Positions 39,601 to 54,732 of a stretch of 64,000 nt of DNA are shown here, in pieces. Location: the NCBI GenBank assembly GCA_964016885.1, contig OZ024741.1, positions 304,978,001 through 305,042,000 on the forward strand, written 5' to 3'. Below the pieces are notes generated by a model. It had not been told where the DNA came from. It made no database searches and was given only the letters and a program-made list of their open reading frames with translations. Made by a program: the position numbers and the translations under genes. This stretch comes from Eledone cirrhosa (Eukaryota). Each line of letters starts with the position of its first letter. Positions within the stretch are counted from its first letter, which is position 1.

Positions 39601-42600
39601 TGATATATGTCAACAGTGATATATGTCAATAGTGATATATGTCAACAGTGATATATGTCAACAGTGATATATGCCAACGGTGATATATGCCAACAGTGAT
39701 ATATGTCAACAGTGATATATGTCAACAGTGATATATGCCAACAGTGATATATGTCAATAGTGATATATGTCAACAGTGATATATGCCAACAGTGATATAT
39801 GTCAACAGTGATATATGTCAACAGTGATATATGCCAACGGTGATATATGTCAACAGTGATATATGTCAACAGTGATATATGCCAACAGTGATATATGTCA
39901 ATAGTGATATATGTCAACAGTGATATATGACAACAGTGATATATGTCAACAGTGATATATGTCAACAGTGATATATGTCAACAGTGATATATGCCAACAG
40001 TGATATATGTCAATAGTGATATATGTCAACAGTGATATATGTCAACAGTGATATATGCCAACAGTGATATATGACAACAGTGATATATGCCAACGGTGAT
40101 ATATGCCAACAGTGATATATGTCAATAGTGATATATGTCAACAGTGATATATGTCAATAGTGATATATGTCAACAGTGATATATGTCAACAGTGATATAT
40201 GTCAACAGTGATATATGCCAACGGTGATATATGCCAACAGTGATATATGTCAACAGTGATATATGTCAACAGTGATATATGTCAACAGTGATATATGTCA
40301 ACAGTGATATATGTCAACAGTGATATATGCCAACAGTGATATATGTCAATAGTGATATATGTCAACAGTGATATATGCCAACAGTGATATATGTCAACAG
40401 TGATATATGTCAACAGTGATATATGCCAACAGTGATATATGTCAACAGTGATATATGTCAACAGTGATATATGTCAACAGTGATATATGTCAACAGTGAT
40501 ATATGTCAACAGTGATATATGACAACAGTGATATATGTCAACAGTGATATATGTCAACAGTGATATATGACAACAGTGATATATGCCAACAGTGATATAT
40601 GTCAACAGTGATATATGTCAACAGTGATATATGCCAACAGTGATATATGACAACAGTGATATATGTCAACAGTGATATATGTCAATAGTGATATATGCCA
40701 ACAGTGATATATGCCAACAGTGATATATGACAACAGTGATATATGTCAACAGTGATATATGTCAACAGTGATATATGTCAACAGTGATATATGTGAACAG
40801 TGATATATGACAACAGTGATATATATCAACAGTGATATATGCCAACAGTCATATATGACAACAGTGATATATATCAACAGTGATATATGTCAACAGTGAT
40901 ATATGTCAACAGTGATATATGACAACAGTGATATATGTCAATAGTGATATATGCCAACAGTGATATATGCCAACAGTGATATATGTCAATAGTGATATAT
41001 GTCAACAGTGATATATGTCAACAGTGATATATGTCAACAGTGATATATGCCAACAGTGATATATGCCAACAGTGATATATGTCAACAGTGATATATGCCA
41101 ACGGTGATATATGCCAACAGTGATATATGTCAACAGTGATATATGTCAATAGTGATATATGTCAACAGTGATATATGTCAATAGTGATATATGTCAACAG
41201 TGATATATGTCAATAGTGATATATGTCAATAGTGATATATGTCAACAGTGATATATGTCAACAGTGGTATATGCCAATAGTGATATATGCCAACAGTGAT
41301 ATATGCCAACAGTGATATATGTCAACAGTGATATATGTCAACAGTGATATATGCCAACAGTGATATATGCCAACAGTGATATATGTCAACAGTGATATAT
41401 GTCAACAGTGATATATGTCAACAGTGATATATGACAACAGTGATATATGTCAACAGTGATATATGTCAATAGTGATATATGTCAACAGTGATATATGTCA
41501 ACAGTGATATATGCCAACAGTGATATATGTCAATAGTGATATATGTCAACAGTGATATATGACAACAGTGATATATGTCAACAGTGATATATGTCAACAG
41601 TGATATATGTCAACAGTGATATATGCCAACAGTGATATATGTCAATAGTGATATATGTCAACAGTGATATATGTCAACAGTGATATATGCCAACAGTGAT
41701 ATATGACAACAGTGATATATGCCAACGGTGATATATGCCAACGGTGATATATGTCAATAGTGATATATGTCAACAGTGATATATGTCAATAGTGATATAT
41801 GTCAACAGTGATATATGTCAACAGTGATATATGTCAACAGTGATATATGCCAACGGTGATATATGCCAACAGTGATATATGTCAACAGTGATATATGTCA
41901 ACAGTGATATATGTCAACAGTGATATATGTCAACAGTGATATATGCCAACAGTGATATATGTCAATAGTGATATATGTAAACAGTGATATATGACAACAG
42001 TGATATATGTCAACAGTGATATATGCCAACGGTGATATATGCCAACAGTGATATATGTCAACAGTGATATATGTCAACAGTGATATATGTCAATAGTGAT
42101 ATATGCCAACAGTGATATATGCCAACAGTGATATATGACAACAGTGATATATGTCAACAGTGATATATGTCAACAGTGATATATGTCAACAGTGATATAT
42201 GTCAACAGTGATATATGACAACAGTGATATATGTCAACAGTGATATATGCCAACAGTCATATATGACAACAGTGATATATATCAACAGTGATATATGTCA
42301 ACAGTGATATATGTCAACAGTGATATATGACAACAGTGATATATGTCAATAGTGATATATGCCAACAGTGATATATGCCAACAGTGATATATGTCAATAA
42401 TGATATATGTCAACAGTGATATATGTCAACAGTGATATATGTCAACAGTGATATATGCCAACAGTGATATATGCCAACAGTGATATATGTCAACAGTGAT
42501 ATATGCCAACGGTGATATATGCCAACAGTGATATATGTCAACAGTGATATATGTCAATAGTGATATATGTCAACAGTGATATATGTCAATAGTGATATAT

Positions 42601-45600
42601 GTCAACAGTGATATATGTCAATAGTGATATATGTCAATAGTGATATATGTCAACAGTGATATATGTCAACAGTGGTATATGTCAATAGTGATATATGCCA
42701 ACAGTGATATATGCCAACAGTGATATATGTCAACAGTGATATATGTCAACAGTGATATATGCCAACAGTGATATATGCCAACAGTGATATATGTCAACAG
42801 TGATATATGTCAACAGTGATATATGTCAACAGTGATATATGACAACAGTGATATATGTCAACAGTGATATATGTCAATAGTGATATATGTCAACAGTGAT
42901 ATATGTCAACAGTGATATATGCCAACAGTGATATATGTCAATAGTGATATATGTCAACAGTGATATATGACAACAGTGATATATGTCAACAGTGATATAT
43001 GTCAACAGTGATATATGTCAACAGTGATATATGCCAACAGTGATATATGTCAATAGTGATATATGTCAACAGTGATATATGTCAACAGTGATATATGCCA
43101 ACAGTGATATATGACAACAGTGATATATGCCAACGGTGATATATGCCAACAGTGATATATGTCAATAGTGAAATATGTCAACAGTGATATATGTCAATAG
43201 TGATATATGTCAACAGTGATATATGTCAACAGTGATATATGTCAACAGTGATATATGCCAACGGTGATATATGCCAACAGTGATATATGTCAACAGTGAT
43301 ATATGTCAACAGTGATATATGTCAACAGTGATATATGTCAACAGTGATATATGCCAACAGTGATATATGTCAATAGTGATATATGTCAACAGTGATATAT
43401 GCCAACAGTGATATATGTCAACAGTGATATATGTCAACAGTGATATATGCCAACAGTGATATATGTCAACAGTGCTATATGTCAACAGTGATATATGTCA
43501 ACAGTGATATATGTCAACAGTGATATATGACAACAGTGATATATGTCAACAGTGATATATGTCAACAGTGATATATGACAACAGTGATATATGCCAACAG
43601 TGATATATGTCAACAGTGATATATGTCAACAGTGATATATGCCAACAGTGATATATGACAACAGTGATATATGTCAACAGTGATATATGTCAATAGTGAT
43701 ATATGCCAACAGTGATATATGCCAACAGTGATATATGACAACAGTGATATATGTCAACAGTGATATATGTCAACAGTGATATATGTCAACAGTGATATAT
43801 GTCAACAGTGATATATGACAACAGTGATATATGTCAACAGTGATATATGCCAACAGTCATATATGACAACAGTGATATATATCAACAGTGATATATGTCA
43901 ACAGTGATATATGTCAACAGTGATATATGACAACAGTGATATATGTCAATAGTGATATATGCCAACAGTGATATATGCCAACAGTGATATATGTCAATAG
44001 TGATATATGTCAACAGTGATATATGTCAACAGTGATATATGTCAACAGTGATATATGCCAACAGTGATATATGCCAACAGTGATATATGTCAACAGTGAT
44101 ATATGCCAACGGTGATATATGCCAACAGTGATATATGTCAACAGTGATATATGTCAATAGTGATATATGTCAACAGTGATATATGTCAATAGTGATATAT
44201 GTCAACAGTGATATATGTCAACAGTGATATATGTCAATAGTGATATATGCCAACAGTGATATATGCCAACAGTGATATATGTCAACAGTGATATATGTCA
44301 ACAGTGATATATGCCAACAGTGATATATGCCAACAGTGATATATGTCAACAGTGATATATGTCAACAGTGATATATGTCAACAGTGATATATGACAACAG
44401 TGATATATGTCAACAGTGATATATGTCAATAGTGATATATGCCAACAGTGATATATGTCAACAGTGATATATGCCAACAGTGATATATGTCAATAGTGAT
44501 ATATGCCAACAGTGATATATGTCAATAGTGATATATGTCAACAGTGATATATGTCAACAGTGATATATGTCAACAGTGATATATGCCAACAGTGATATAT
44601 GTCAATAGTGATATATGCCAACAGTGATATATGTCAACAGTGATATATGTCAACAGTGATATATGTCAACAGTGATATATGTCAACAGTGATATATGCCA
44701 ACAGTGATATATGTCAACAGTGATATATGTCAACAGTGATATATGTCAACAGTGATATATGTCAACAGTGATATATGTCAATAGTGATATATGTCAACAG
44801 TGATATATGTCAATAGTGATATATGTCAACAGTGATATATGTCAATAGTGATATATGCCAACAGTGATATATGCCAACAGTGATATATGTCAATAGTGAT
44901 ATATGCCAACAGTGATATATGTCAATAGTGATATATGCCAACAGTGATATATGTCAATAGTGATATATGCCAACAGTGATATATGTCAATAGTGATATAT
45001 GTCAACAGTGATATATGTCAATAGTGATATATGCCAACAGTGATATATGTCAACAGTGATATATGTCAATAGTGATATATGTCAACAGTGATATATGTCA
45101 ACAGTGATATATGTCAACAGTGATATATGTCAACAGTGATATATGTCAACAGTCATATATGACAACAGTGATATATGTCAACAGTGATATATGTCAACAG
45201 TGATATATGACAACAGTGATATATGCCAACAGTGATATATGTCAACAGTGATATATGCCAACAGTGATATATGACAACAGTGATATATGTCAACAGTGAT
45301 ATATGTCAATAGTGATATATGCCAACAGTGATATATGCCAACAGTGATATATGACAACAGTGATATATGTCAACAGTGATATATGTCAACAGTGATATAT
45401 GTCAACAGTGATATATGTCAACAGTGATATATGACAACAGTGATATATGTCAACAGTGATATATGCCAACAGTCATATATGACAACAGTGATATATATCA
45501 ACAGTGATATATGTCAACAGTGATATATATCAACAGTGATATATGACAACAGTGATATATGTCAATAGTGATATATGCCAACAGTGATATATGCCAACAG

Positions 45601-47109
45601 TGATATATGTCAATAGTGATATATGTCAACAGTGATATATGTCAACAGTGATATATGTCAACAGTGATATATGCCAACAGTGATATATGCCAACAGTGAT
45701 ATATGTCAACAGTGATATATGCCAACGGTGATATATGCCAACAGTGATATATGTCAACAGTGATATATGTCAATAGTGATATATGTCAACAGTGATATAT
45801 GTCAATAGTGATATATGTCAACAGTGATATATGTCAATAGTGATATATGTCAATAGTGATATATGTCAACAGTGATATATGTCAACAGTGATATATGTCA
45901 ATAGTGATATATGCCAACAGTGATATATGCCAACAGTGATATATGTCAACAGTGATATATGTCAACAGTGATATATGCCAACAGTGATATATGCCAACAC
46001 TGATATATGTCAACAGTGATATATGTCAACAGTGATATATGTCAACAGTGATATATGACAACAGTGATATATGTCAACAGTGATATATGTCAATAGTGAT
46101 ATATGCCAACAGTGATATATGTCAACAGTGATATATGCCAACAGTGATATATGTCAATAGTGATATATGCCAACAGTGATATATGTCAATAGTGATATAT
46201 GTCAACAGTGATATATGTCAACAGTGATATATGTCAACAGTGATATATGCCAACAGTGATATATGTCAATAGTGATATGTGCCAACAGTGATATATGTCA
46301 ACAGTGATATATGTCAACAGTGATATATGTCAACAGTGATATATGTCAACAGTGATATATGCCAACAGTGATATATGTCAACAGTGATATATGTCAACAG
46401 TGATATATGTCAACAGTGATATATGTCAACAGTGATATATGTCCATAGTGATATATGTCAACAGTGATATATGTCAATAGTGATATATGTCAACAGTGAT
46501 ATATGTCAATAGTGATATATGCCAACAGTGATATATGCCAACAGTGATATATGTCAATAGTGATATATGCCAACAGTGATATATGTCAATAGTGATATAT
46601 GCCAACAGTGATATATGTCAATAGTGATATATGCCAACAGTGATATATGTCAATAGTGATATATGTCAACAGTGATATATGTCAATAGTGATATATGCCA
46701 ACAGTGATATATGTCAACAGTGATATATGTCAATAGTGATATATGTCAACAGTGATATATGTCAACAGTGATATATGTCAACAGTGATATATGTCAACAG
46801 TGATATATGTCAACAGTGATATATGTCAATAGTGATATATGCCAACAGTGATATATGCCAACAGTGATATATGTCAACAGTGATATATGTCAACAGTGAT
46901 ATATGTCAACAGTGATATATGTCAACAGTGATATATGTCAATAGTGATATATGCCAACTGTGATATATGTCAATAGTGATATATGTCAACAGTGATATAT
47001 GCCAACAGTGATATATGTCAATAGTGATATATGCCAACAGTGATATATGCCAACAGTGATATATGTCAACAGTGATATATGTCAACAGTGATATATGTCA
47101 ATAGTGATA
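30682..47109 (+). repeat. 16-bp satellite array, ~1025 copies, consensus CAACAGTGATATATGT, with higher-order structure
   Basis: Continuous 16-bp period with common variants gt/gc/ga and caac/caat. Rare variants recur at a 6672-bp offset. Confidence 0.98.
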
Positions 47110-47133
47110 GGTATCACTGTTGATATATATCAC

Positions 47134-47261
47134 AGAGGCTGAAAAAATGTTCAGCCTATGAACTTTTCAGCCTATGATCTTTTCAGCCTATGATTTTTGA
47201 AGCCCCTTTTCAGCTTATGAATTCAGCCTATGAACTTTTCGTATAACCCTATTGACATATA
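47134..47261. repeat. Spacer made of scrambled 'ttcagcctatgaactttt' modules, partly repeated at 48054 and 48800
   Basis: About five imperfect copies of cagcctatga, plus an inverted 16-mer (ctattgacatatatca). Confidence 0.85.
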
Positions 47262-50200
47262 TCAGTCAGTTAGTCACAAGTACACAACCCTATGACCAAC
47301 TGACCATAAGTTGTGTACCTGTGACTGACTGACCATAGGTGGTGTACCTGTGATTGACTGACCATAGGTGGTGTACCTGTGATTGACTGACCATAGGTGG
47401 TGTACCTGTGACTGACTGACCATAGGTGGTGTACCTGTGACTGACTGACCATAGGTGATGTACCTGTGACTGACTGACCATAAGTTGTGTACCTGTGACT
47501 GACTGACCATAGGTGGTGTACCTGTGACTGACTGACCATAGGTGACGTACCTGTGACTGACTGACCATAGGTGGTGTACCTGTGACTGACTGACTATAGG
47601 TGGTGTACCTGTGACTGACTGACCATAGGTGATGTACCTGTGACTGACTGACCATAGGTGGTGTACCTGTGACTGACTGACCATAGGTGATGTACCTGTG
47701 ACTGACTGACCATAGGTGGTGTACCTGTGATTGACTGACCATAGGTGGTGTACCTGTGACTGAGTGACCATAGGTGGTGTACCTGTGACCGACTGACCAT
47801 AAGGGGTGTACCTGTGACCAACTGACCATAGGTGGTGTACCTGTGACTGACTGATCATAGGTGGTGTACCTGTGATTGACTGACCATAGGTGGTGTACCT
47901 GTGACCGACTGACCATAGGTGGTGTACCTGTGACCAACTGACCATAGGTGGTGTACCTGTGACTGACTAACCATAAGTTGTGTACCTGTGACTGACTGAC
48001 CATAGGTGGTGTACCTGTGACTGACTGACCATAGGTGGTGTACCTGTGACCGACTATGATTTTTGAAGCCCCTTTTAAGCTTATGAATTCAGCCTATGAA
48101 CTTTTCGTATAACCCTATTGACATATATCACTCAGTCACAAGTACACAACCCTATGACCAACTGACCATAAGTTGTGTACCTGTGACTGACTGACCATAG
48201 GTGGCGTACCTGTGATTGACTGACCATAGGTGATGTACCTGTGATAGACTGACCATAGGTGACGTACCTGTGACTGACTGACCATAGGTGGTGTACCTGT
48301 GACTGACTGACCATAGGTGGTGTACCTGTGACTGACTGATCATAGGTGGTGTACCTGTGACTAACTGACCATAGGTGGTGTACCTGTGACTGACTGACCA
48401 TAGGTGGTGTACCTGTGACCGACTGACCATAGGTGGTGTACCTGTGACCAACTGACCATAGGTGGTGTACCTGTGACTGACTGACCATAGGTGGTGTACC
48501 TGTGACTGACTGACCATAAGTTGTGTACCTGTGACTGACTGACCATAGGTGGTGTACCTGTGACTGACTGACCATAGGTGGTGTACCTGTGACTGACTGA
48601 CCATAGGTGGTGTACCTGTGACTGACTGACCATAGGTGGTGTACCTGTGACCAACTGACCATAGGTGGTGTACCTGTGACTGACTGACCATAGGTGGTGT
48701 ACCTGTGACTGACTGACCATAAGTTGTGTACCTGTGACTGACTGACCATAGGTGGTGTACCTGTGACTGACTGACCATCGGTGGTGTACCTGTGACTGAC
48801 TATGTTTTTTGAAGCCCCTTTTCAGCTTATGAATTCAGCCTATGAACTTTTCGTATAACCCTATTGACATATATCACTGAGTTAGTCACAAGTACACAAC
48901 CCTATGACCAACTGACCATAAGTTGTGTACCTGTGACTGACTGACCATAGGTGGTGTACCTGTGATTGACTGACCATAGGTGATGTACCTGTGACTGACT
49001 GACCACAGGTGACGTACCTGTGACTGACTGACCATAGGTGGTGTACCTGTGACTGACTGACCATAGGTGACGTACCTGTGACTGACTGACCATAGGTGGT
49101 GTACCTGTGACTGACTGACCATAGGTGGTGTACCTGTGACCAACTGACCATAGGTGGTGTACCTGTGACCAACTGACCATAGGTGGTGTACCTGTGACTG
49201 ACTGACCATAGGTGGTGTACCTGTGACCAACTGACCATAGGTGACGTACCTGTGACTGACTGACCATAGGTGACGTACCTGTGACTGACTGACCATAGGT
49301 GGTGTACCTGTGACTGACTGACCATAGGTGACGTACCTGTGACTGACTGACCATAGGTGACGTACCTGTGACTGACTGACCATAGGTGGTGTACCTGTGA
49401 CTGACTGACGATAGGTGGTGTACCTGTGACCAACTGACCATAGGTGGTGTACCTGTGACTGACTGACCATAGGTGGTGTACCTGTGACTGAGTGACCATA
49501 GGTGGTGTACCTGTGACCAACTGACCATAGGTGACGTACCTGTGACCAACTGACCATAAGTTGTGTACCTGTGACTGACTGACCATAGGTGGTGTACCTG
49601 TGACTGACTGACCATAGGTGGTGTACCTGTGACTGACTGACCATAGGTGACGTACCTGTGACTGACTGACCATAGGTGACGTACCTGTGACTGACTGACC
49701 ATAGGTGGTGTACCTGTGACTGACTGACCATTGGTGGTGTACCTGTGACCAACTGACCATAGGTGGTGTACCTGTGACTGACTGACCATAGGTGTACCTG
49801 TGACTGACTGGTCATGGGTTGCATACCTGTGATTGACTGACCATAGGGGGTGTACCTGTGACTGACTGACCATAGGGGGTGTACCTGTGACTGACTGACC
49901 ATAGGTGACGTACCTGTGACTGACTGACCATAGGTGGTGTACCTGTGACCAACTGACCATAGGTGGTGTACCTGTGACTGACTGACCATAGGTGACGTAC
50001 CTGTGACTGACTGACCATAGGTGGTGCACATGTGACTGACTGATCTCGGGTTGTGTACCTTTGACTGACTGGTCATGGGTTGCATACCTGTGATTGACTG
50101 ACCATAGGTGGTGTACCTGTGACTGACTGACCATAGGTGACGTACCTGTGACTGACTGACCATAGGTGATGTAGCTGTGACCAACTGACCATAGGTGGTA

Positions 50201-51261
50201 TACCTGTGACCAACTGACCATAGGTGGTATACCTGTGACTGACTGACCATAGGTGGTGTACCTGTGACTGACTGACTATAGGTGGTGTACCTGTGACTGA
50301 CTGACCATAGGTGGTGTACCTGTGACTGACTGACTATAGGTGGTGTACCTGTGACTGACTGACCATAGGTGACGTACCTGTGACTGACTGACCATAGGTG
50401 ACGTACCTGTGACTGACTGACCATAGGTGGTGTACCTGTGACTGACTGACCATAGGTGACGTACCTGTGACTGACTGACCATAGGTGACGTACCTGTGAC
50501 TGACTGACCATAGGTGGTGTACCTGTGACTGACTGACCATTGGTGGTGTACCTGTGACCAACTGACCATAGGTGGTGTACCTGTGACTGACTGACCATAG
50601 GTGTACCTGTGACTGACTGGTCATGGGTTGCATACCTGTGATTGACTGACCATAGGGGGTGTACCTGTGACTGACTGACCATAGGGGGTGTACCTGTGAC
50701 TGACTGACCATAGGTGACGTACCTGTGACTGACTGACCATAGGTGGTGTACCTGTGACCAACTGACCATAGGTGGTGTACCTGTGACTGACTGACCATAG
50801 GTGACGTACCTGTGACTGACTGACCATAGGTGGTGCACATGTGACTGACTGATCTCGGGTTGTGTACCTTTGACTGACTGGTCATGGGTTGCATACCTGT
50901 GATTGACTGACCATAGGTGGTGTACCTGTGACTGACTGACCATAGGTGACGTACCTGTGACTGACTGACCATAGGTGATGTAGCTGTGACCAACTGACCA
51001 TAGGTGGTATACCTGTGACCAACTGACCATAGGTGGTATACCTGTGACTGACTGACCATAGGTGGTGTACCTGTGACTGACTGACTATAGGTGGTGTACC
51101 TGTGACTGACTGACCATAGGTGGTGTACCTGTGACTGACTGGTCATAGGTGGTGTACCTGTGACTGACTGGTCATAGGTGGTGTACCTGTGACTGACTGG
51201 TCATAGGTGGTGTACCTGTGACTGACTGGTCATAGGTTGTGTATCTGTGACTCACTGACCA
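47262..51261 (+). repeat. 29-bp satellite (GTACCTGTGACTGACTGACCATAGGTGGT) in three blocks separated by spacers
   Basis: Blocks at about 47300-48053, 48160-48799 and 48910-51261. The third block contains an 809-bp duplication. Confidence 0.97.
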
Positions 51262-51812
51262 CGAGTGGTAATGTTGTGTCAGAATGTATTATCTAGCATG
51301 GTTTGGATGAAAGACATCAGTTTGTTTAAATTAAAAATATGTTTCTAAGTCTATAGTTAGAATCGTAAGAGGTGCAGGTGACAATCTTACTAATTATATA
51401 GTTAGATGTGTAGGTGGGGTTCATGTGTATTTTGAGAGTTGTTGGTGGAAAGTGGAAAGCAGAGAACGAGAAGGTGTGGGTCCATAAATTATGAAAAATA
51501 TGAATACGCATAACCACACATGAATGCCTATGAATTTATACACACGCACACACACTTTCAAAAGAGCTGGACAGCAAAAGGTCTTCAGAGAAGAAACACC
51601 CCTCAAGCAAGTGTTTCAGTCCTTAACTTCTTACACTCTAAGGGAACCAGGCCAGATCCAGGTCATAACTCCTGGGTGCCCTTCTACTGACATTTAGTCA
51701 TTCGAAGACTTGATGCGTATATAAACTGCATGGAGATTTCTTTGACAGCATCTAGTTGGAATTCCTCTGCTTTGAAACTGATATTTAAATGCTTTCTTAG
51801 AATTCTCTAAGC

Positions 51813-51990
51813 CAGAGTTTCCCAAACGTTTTCAAATGTGGAACCCTTTTTGGTTCAGAAACTTTTGGGGGATCCCCAAAGTCTAATACTGTTATATGGT
51901 CGTAATATACTCATCTACCTTTTACACGGAACCCTGGACACTCCTTTGTGGAATGCTTGGGTTCTGTGGAACCCACTTTGGGAACCACTA
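51813..51990. mobile_element. hAT MITE
   Basis: Ends cagagtttcccaaac / ctttgggaaccacta. TSD CTCTAAGC / CTCTAAGA. Confidence 0.8.
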
Positions 51991-52334
51991 CTCTAAGAAA
52001 TCAGAAATTATAGATTTAGTGGAAACTACATGAGCTAGAAGGTAGTAAAATGGCAGGCATTAGAGTGTTGGATTAAATACTTTGATGCATTCTTTTGTTT
52101 CTCTGCACTCTGAGTTCAAATTCAGCCAAAGTCAGTTTTGCTTTTCCTCCTTCTGGAGTCAATAAAAAAAGTACCAGCAGAGTTGTTAGAGTTGGATAAG
52201 TTGTTTAGTTAGTCTTTGTGTTCTGAGGAGTTCTAATTCTGCATGCTGACTAACCTGCACTTAATAGGCTTAATTGTAGTGGATTCAAAATGGCTGGGTA
52301 GATATTTTATGTTTTCTTAAATGATTTACAATAT

Positions 52335-52905
52335 TATCACCATTATTTCATGTCCGTTTTGCATGCTGGCATGAGTTGGAAGAGTTTGTAGAGTTTTAGA
52401 CTAGATTGGTCAGCTGACAATGTCTTTCTCATATGTTCTACCTTTCACATGGTTTCTACAGCTGGATACCCTTCCTAACATCAACCATTTTACAAAGTGT
52501 ACTGAGTACATTTTATCACAACAACATCACTACCACTTTATTGGGTGCATTTTAATGTAGCAGTAGCACTACTACTTACTAATAACAAAGTGCATTTGGT
52601 GCATATTGTCACAGCAGTAGTACTACCACTACCACTTTACAGTGTACTGGATTCATTTATTATGGCACTAGCACTACTGTTTTACAGGGGATACTGGATT
52701 CATTTATTGTAACACCAGTACTACCAATGCCACATTACAGTGTACTGGATGGGTTTTATCATGGCAACAGTGATACTGATTTATACAGTGTATTAGGTGG
52801 ATTTTATTGTGGCACCAGTACTACCAGTTATAATGTGGACTGCAAGGATTTTATTGTGACACTAGCAGTACCACTTTACTCAGTGGAGTGGAAGCACTTT
52901 TTAGG
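52335..52905 (-). mobile_element. Old SINE/RTE tail with about 8 degenerate ~48-bp units
   Basis: tttctacagctggatacccttcctaacatcaacc is followed by repeated tttacag.gtgtactgg...ttttat...gcaccag.actacc. Confidence 0.75.
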
Positions 52906-53451
52906 AGCTAATGTATAAGTTGCTCATATATCAAGACACAAAAAATATTTGTTATTCCATCTGATTTGATAAATAACTTTCAATTAAACCCTTAAAAAGG
53001 AAAGAAAAAAATATTATTTTAAGAAACATGAATAAAAAGTCATTTTGTTTATTTATTATTTTATTTTGTACATGTGAAATTTTAGTATATAGTCTGTGTA
53101 TAATATAAAATTAGCAGTATTTTCTTAGCTTTCAAAACAATACCAATGTATGAATGAAACTTAAGTTCTGGTGAAATGGCCAGTTATGGTCAACTTTTAA
53201 ATAGTTATGATGTACATTATCAGACATGATGTGTAAAATAGTTACACATATATATATATATATATACACACACATACACATACAAATATATATATATATG
53301 TGTGTGTATATGTATATATATATGTATATGTGTGTGTGTGTGTATATATATATATGTGTATAATAGTTACACACATATATATATACACACATACACATAC
53401 AAATATATATATGTGTGTGTATATGTATATGTGTGTATATATATATATATA

Positions 53452-53767
53452 GTGTTTTGGTGTGTAAACATTTAGTTACTATTGGTTCACCAGTTTGATC
53501 ACTCAATGCAAATATGGTTCAGGTTACCGGTGTGGTATTCTACGTTTGGTATTTCACCGTAGTCGGTATCTTTATGAAGGAGCATGAACAAAGTACCAAT
53601 ACAGCGTCATTAGAGAACCCACAAGTCTGATGAGTTATCAATTCCAGGATTGAGCACAATCAATACTAATCCATCCAGCTGATCAATCGCGAAATGTGTG
53701 TCACATGTGAATAAACATAATATTGACACTTCGTTATATTGACACTTCGTTCCTGCTCCTTATTATT
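53452..53767 (+). mobile_element. TA-flanked Penelope pLTR-like fragment
   Basis: Unique CpG-containing block between TA tracts, containing a hammerhead motif and AATAAA. Confidence 0.6.
53620..53709 (+). ncRNA. Type I hammerhead ribozyme motif with a long stem II
   Basis: cacaagt-CTGATGA-G...C-GAAA-TGTGT-GTC-acatgtg-AATAAA. Stem I pairs 6 of 7 positions. Stem III is explicable as CpG-decayed GAAAC-GCGT-GTC. Confidence 0.7.
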
Positions 53768-53861
53768 AATATATATATAAAATATAATATGATACATATA
53801 TATATATAAATATTTGTATATATATATATGTGTGTATATATATATATATTTATATATGTAT

Positions 53862-53907
<46 letters not shown>

Positions 53908-54154
53908 GTATATATGTGTATATATATATATTTATATATGTATGTGTATATATATATATATTTATATATGTATATATGTGTGTATATATAAATATTTATA
54001 TATATACACACATACATACATATATAAATATATATATATATACACATATATACATATATAAATATATATATATATATACATATATAAATATATATATATA
54101 TACATATATATTTATATATGTATATATGTGTATATATAAATATTTATATATGTA

Positions 54155-54219
<65 letters not shown>

Positions 54220-54500
54220 ATATATATATATATATATTATATATATATATATATTTATATATGTATATATGTGTATATATATATATATTTATATATATAT
54301 ATATTATATATATATATATATTTATATATGTATATGTGTATATATATATATTTATATATATATATATATTATATATATATATATATTTATATATGTATAT
54401 ATGTGATTATATATATATATTTATATATATATATATTATATATATATTTATATATGTATATATGTATATATATTTATATATGTATATATGTGTATATATA

Positions 54501-54554
<54 letters not shown>

Positions 54555-54732
54555 CATATATATATTTATGCATGTATATTTGTGTATATATATATGTATG
54601 TATATATACGTATATATATATATATATTTATATATGTGTATATATATATTTATGTATATATATATATATATTTATATATGTATATATATATATTTATATA
54701 TATATGTATATATGTGTATATATATATATATA
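53768..54732. repeat. ~1 kb degenerate (TA)n tract
   Basis: Direct inspection. Confidence 0.97.

Noticed and set aside
47270-51146. Long ORFs (up to 714 aa) on the minus strand
   Set aside because: The same periodic peptide appears in all three frames because a 29-bp unit without stops cycles through the frames. Nothing suggests selection for coding.
30682-51261. CRISPR-like array
   Set aside because: Monomers abut directly with no unique spacers, there are no cas genes and the context is eukaryotic.
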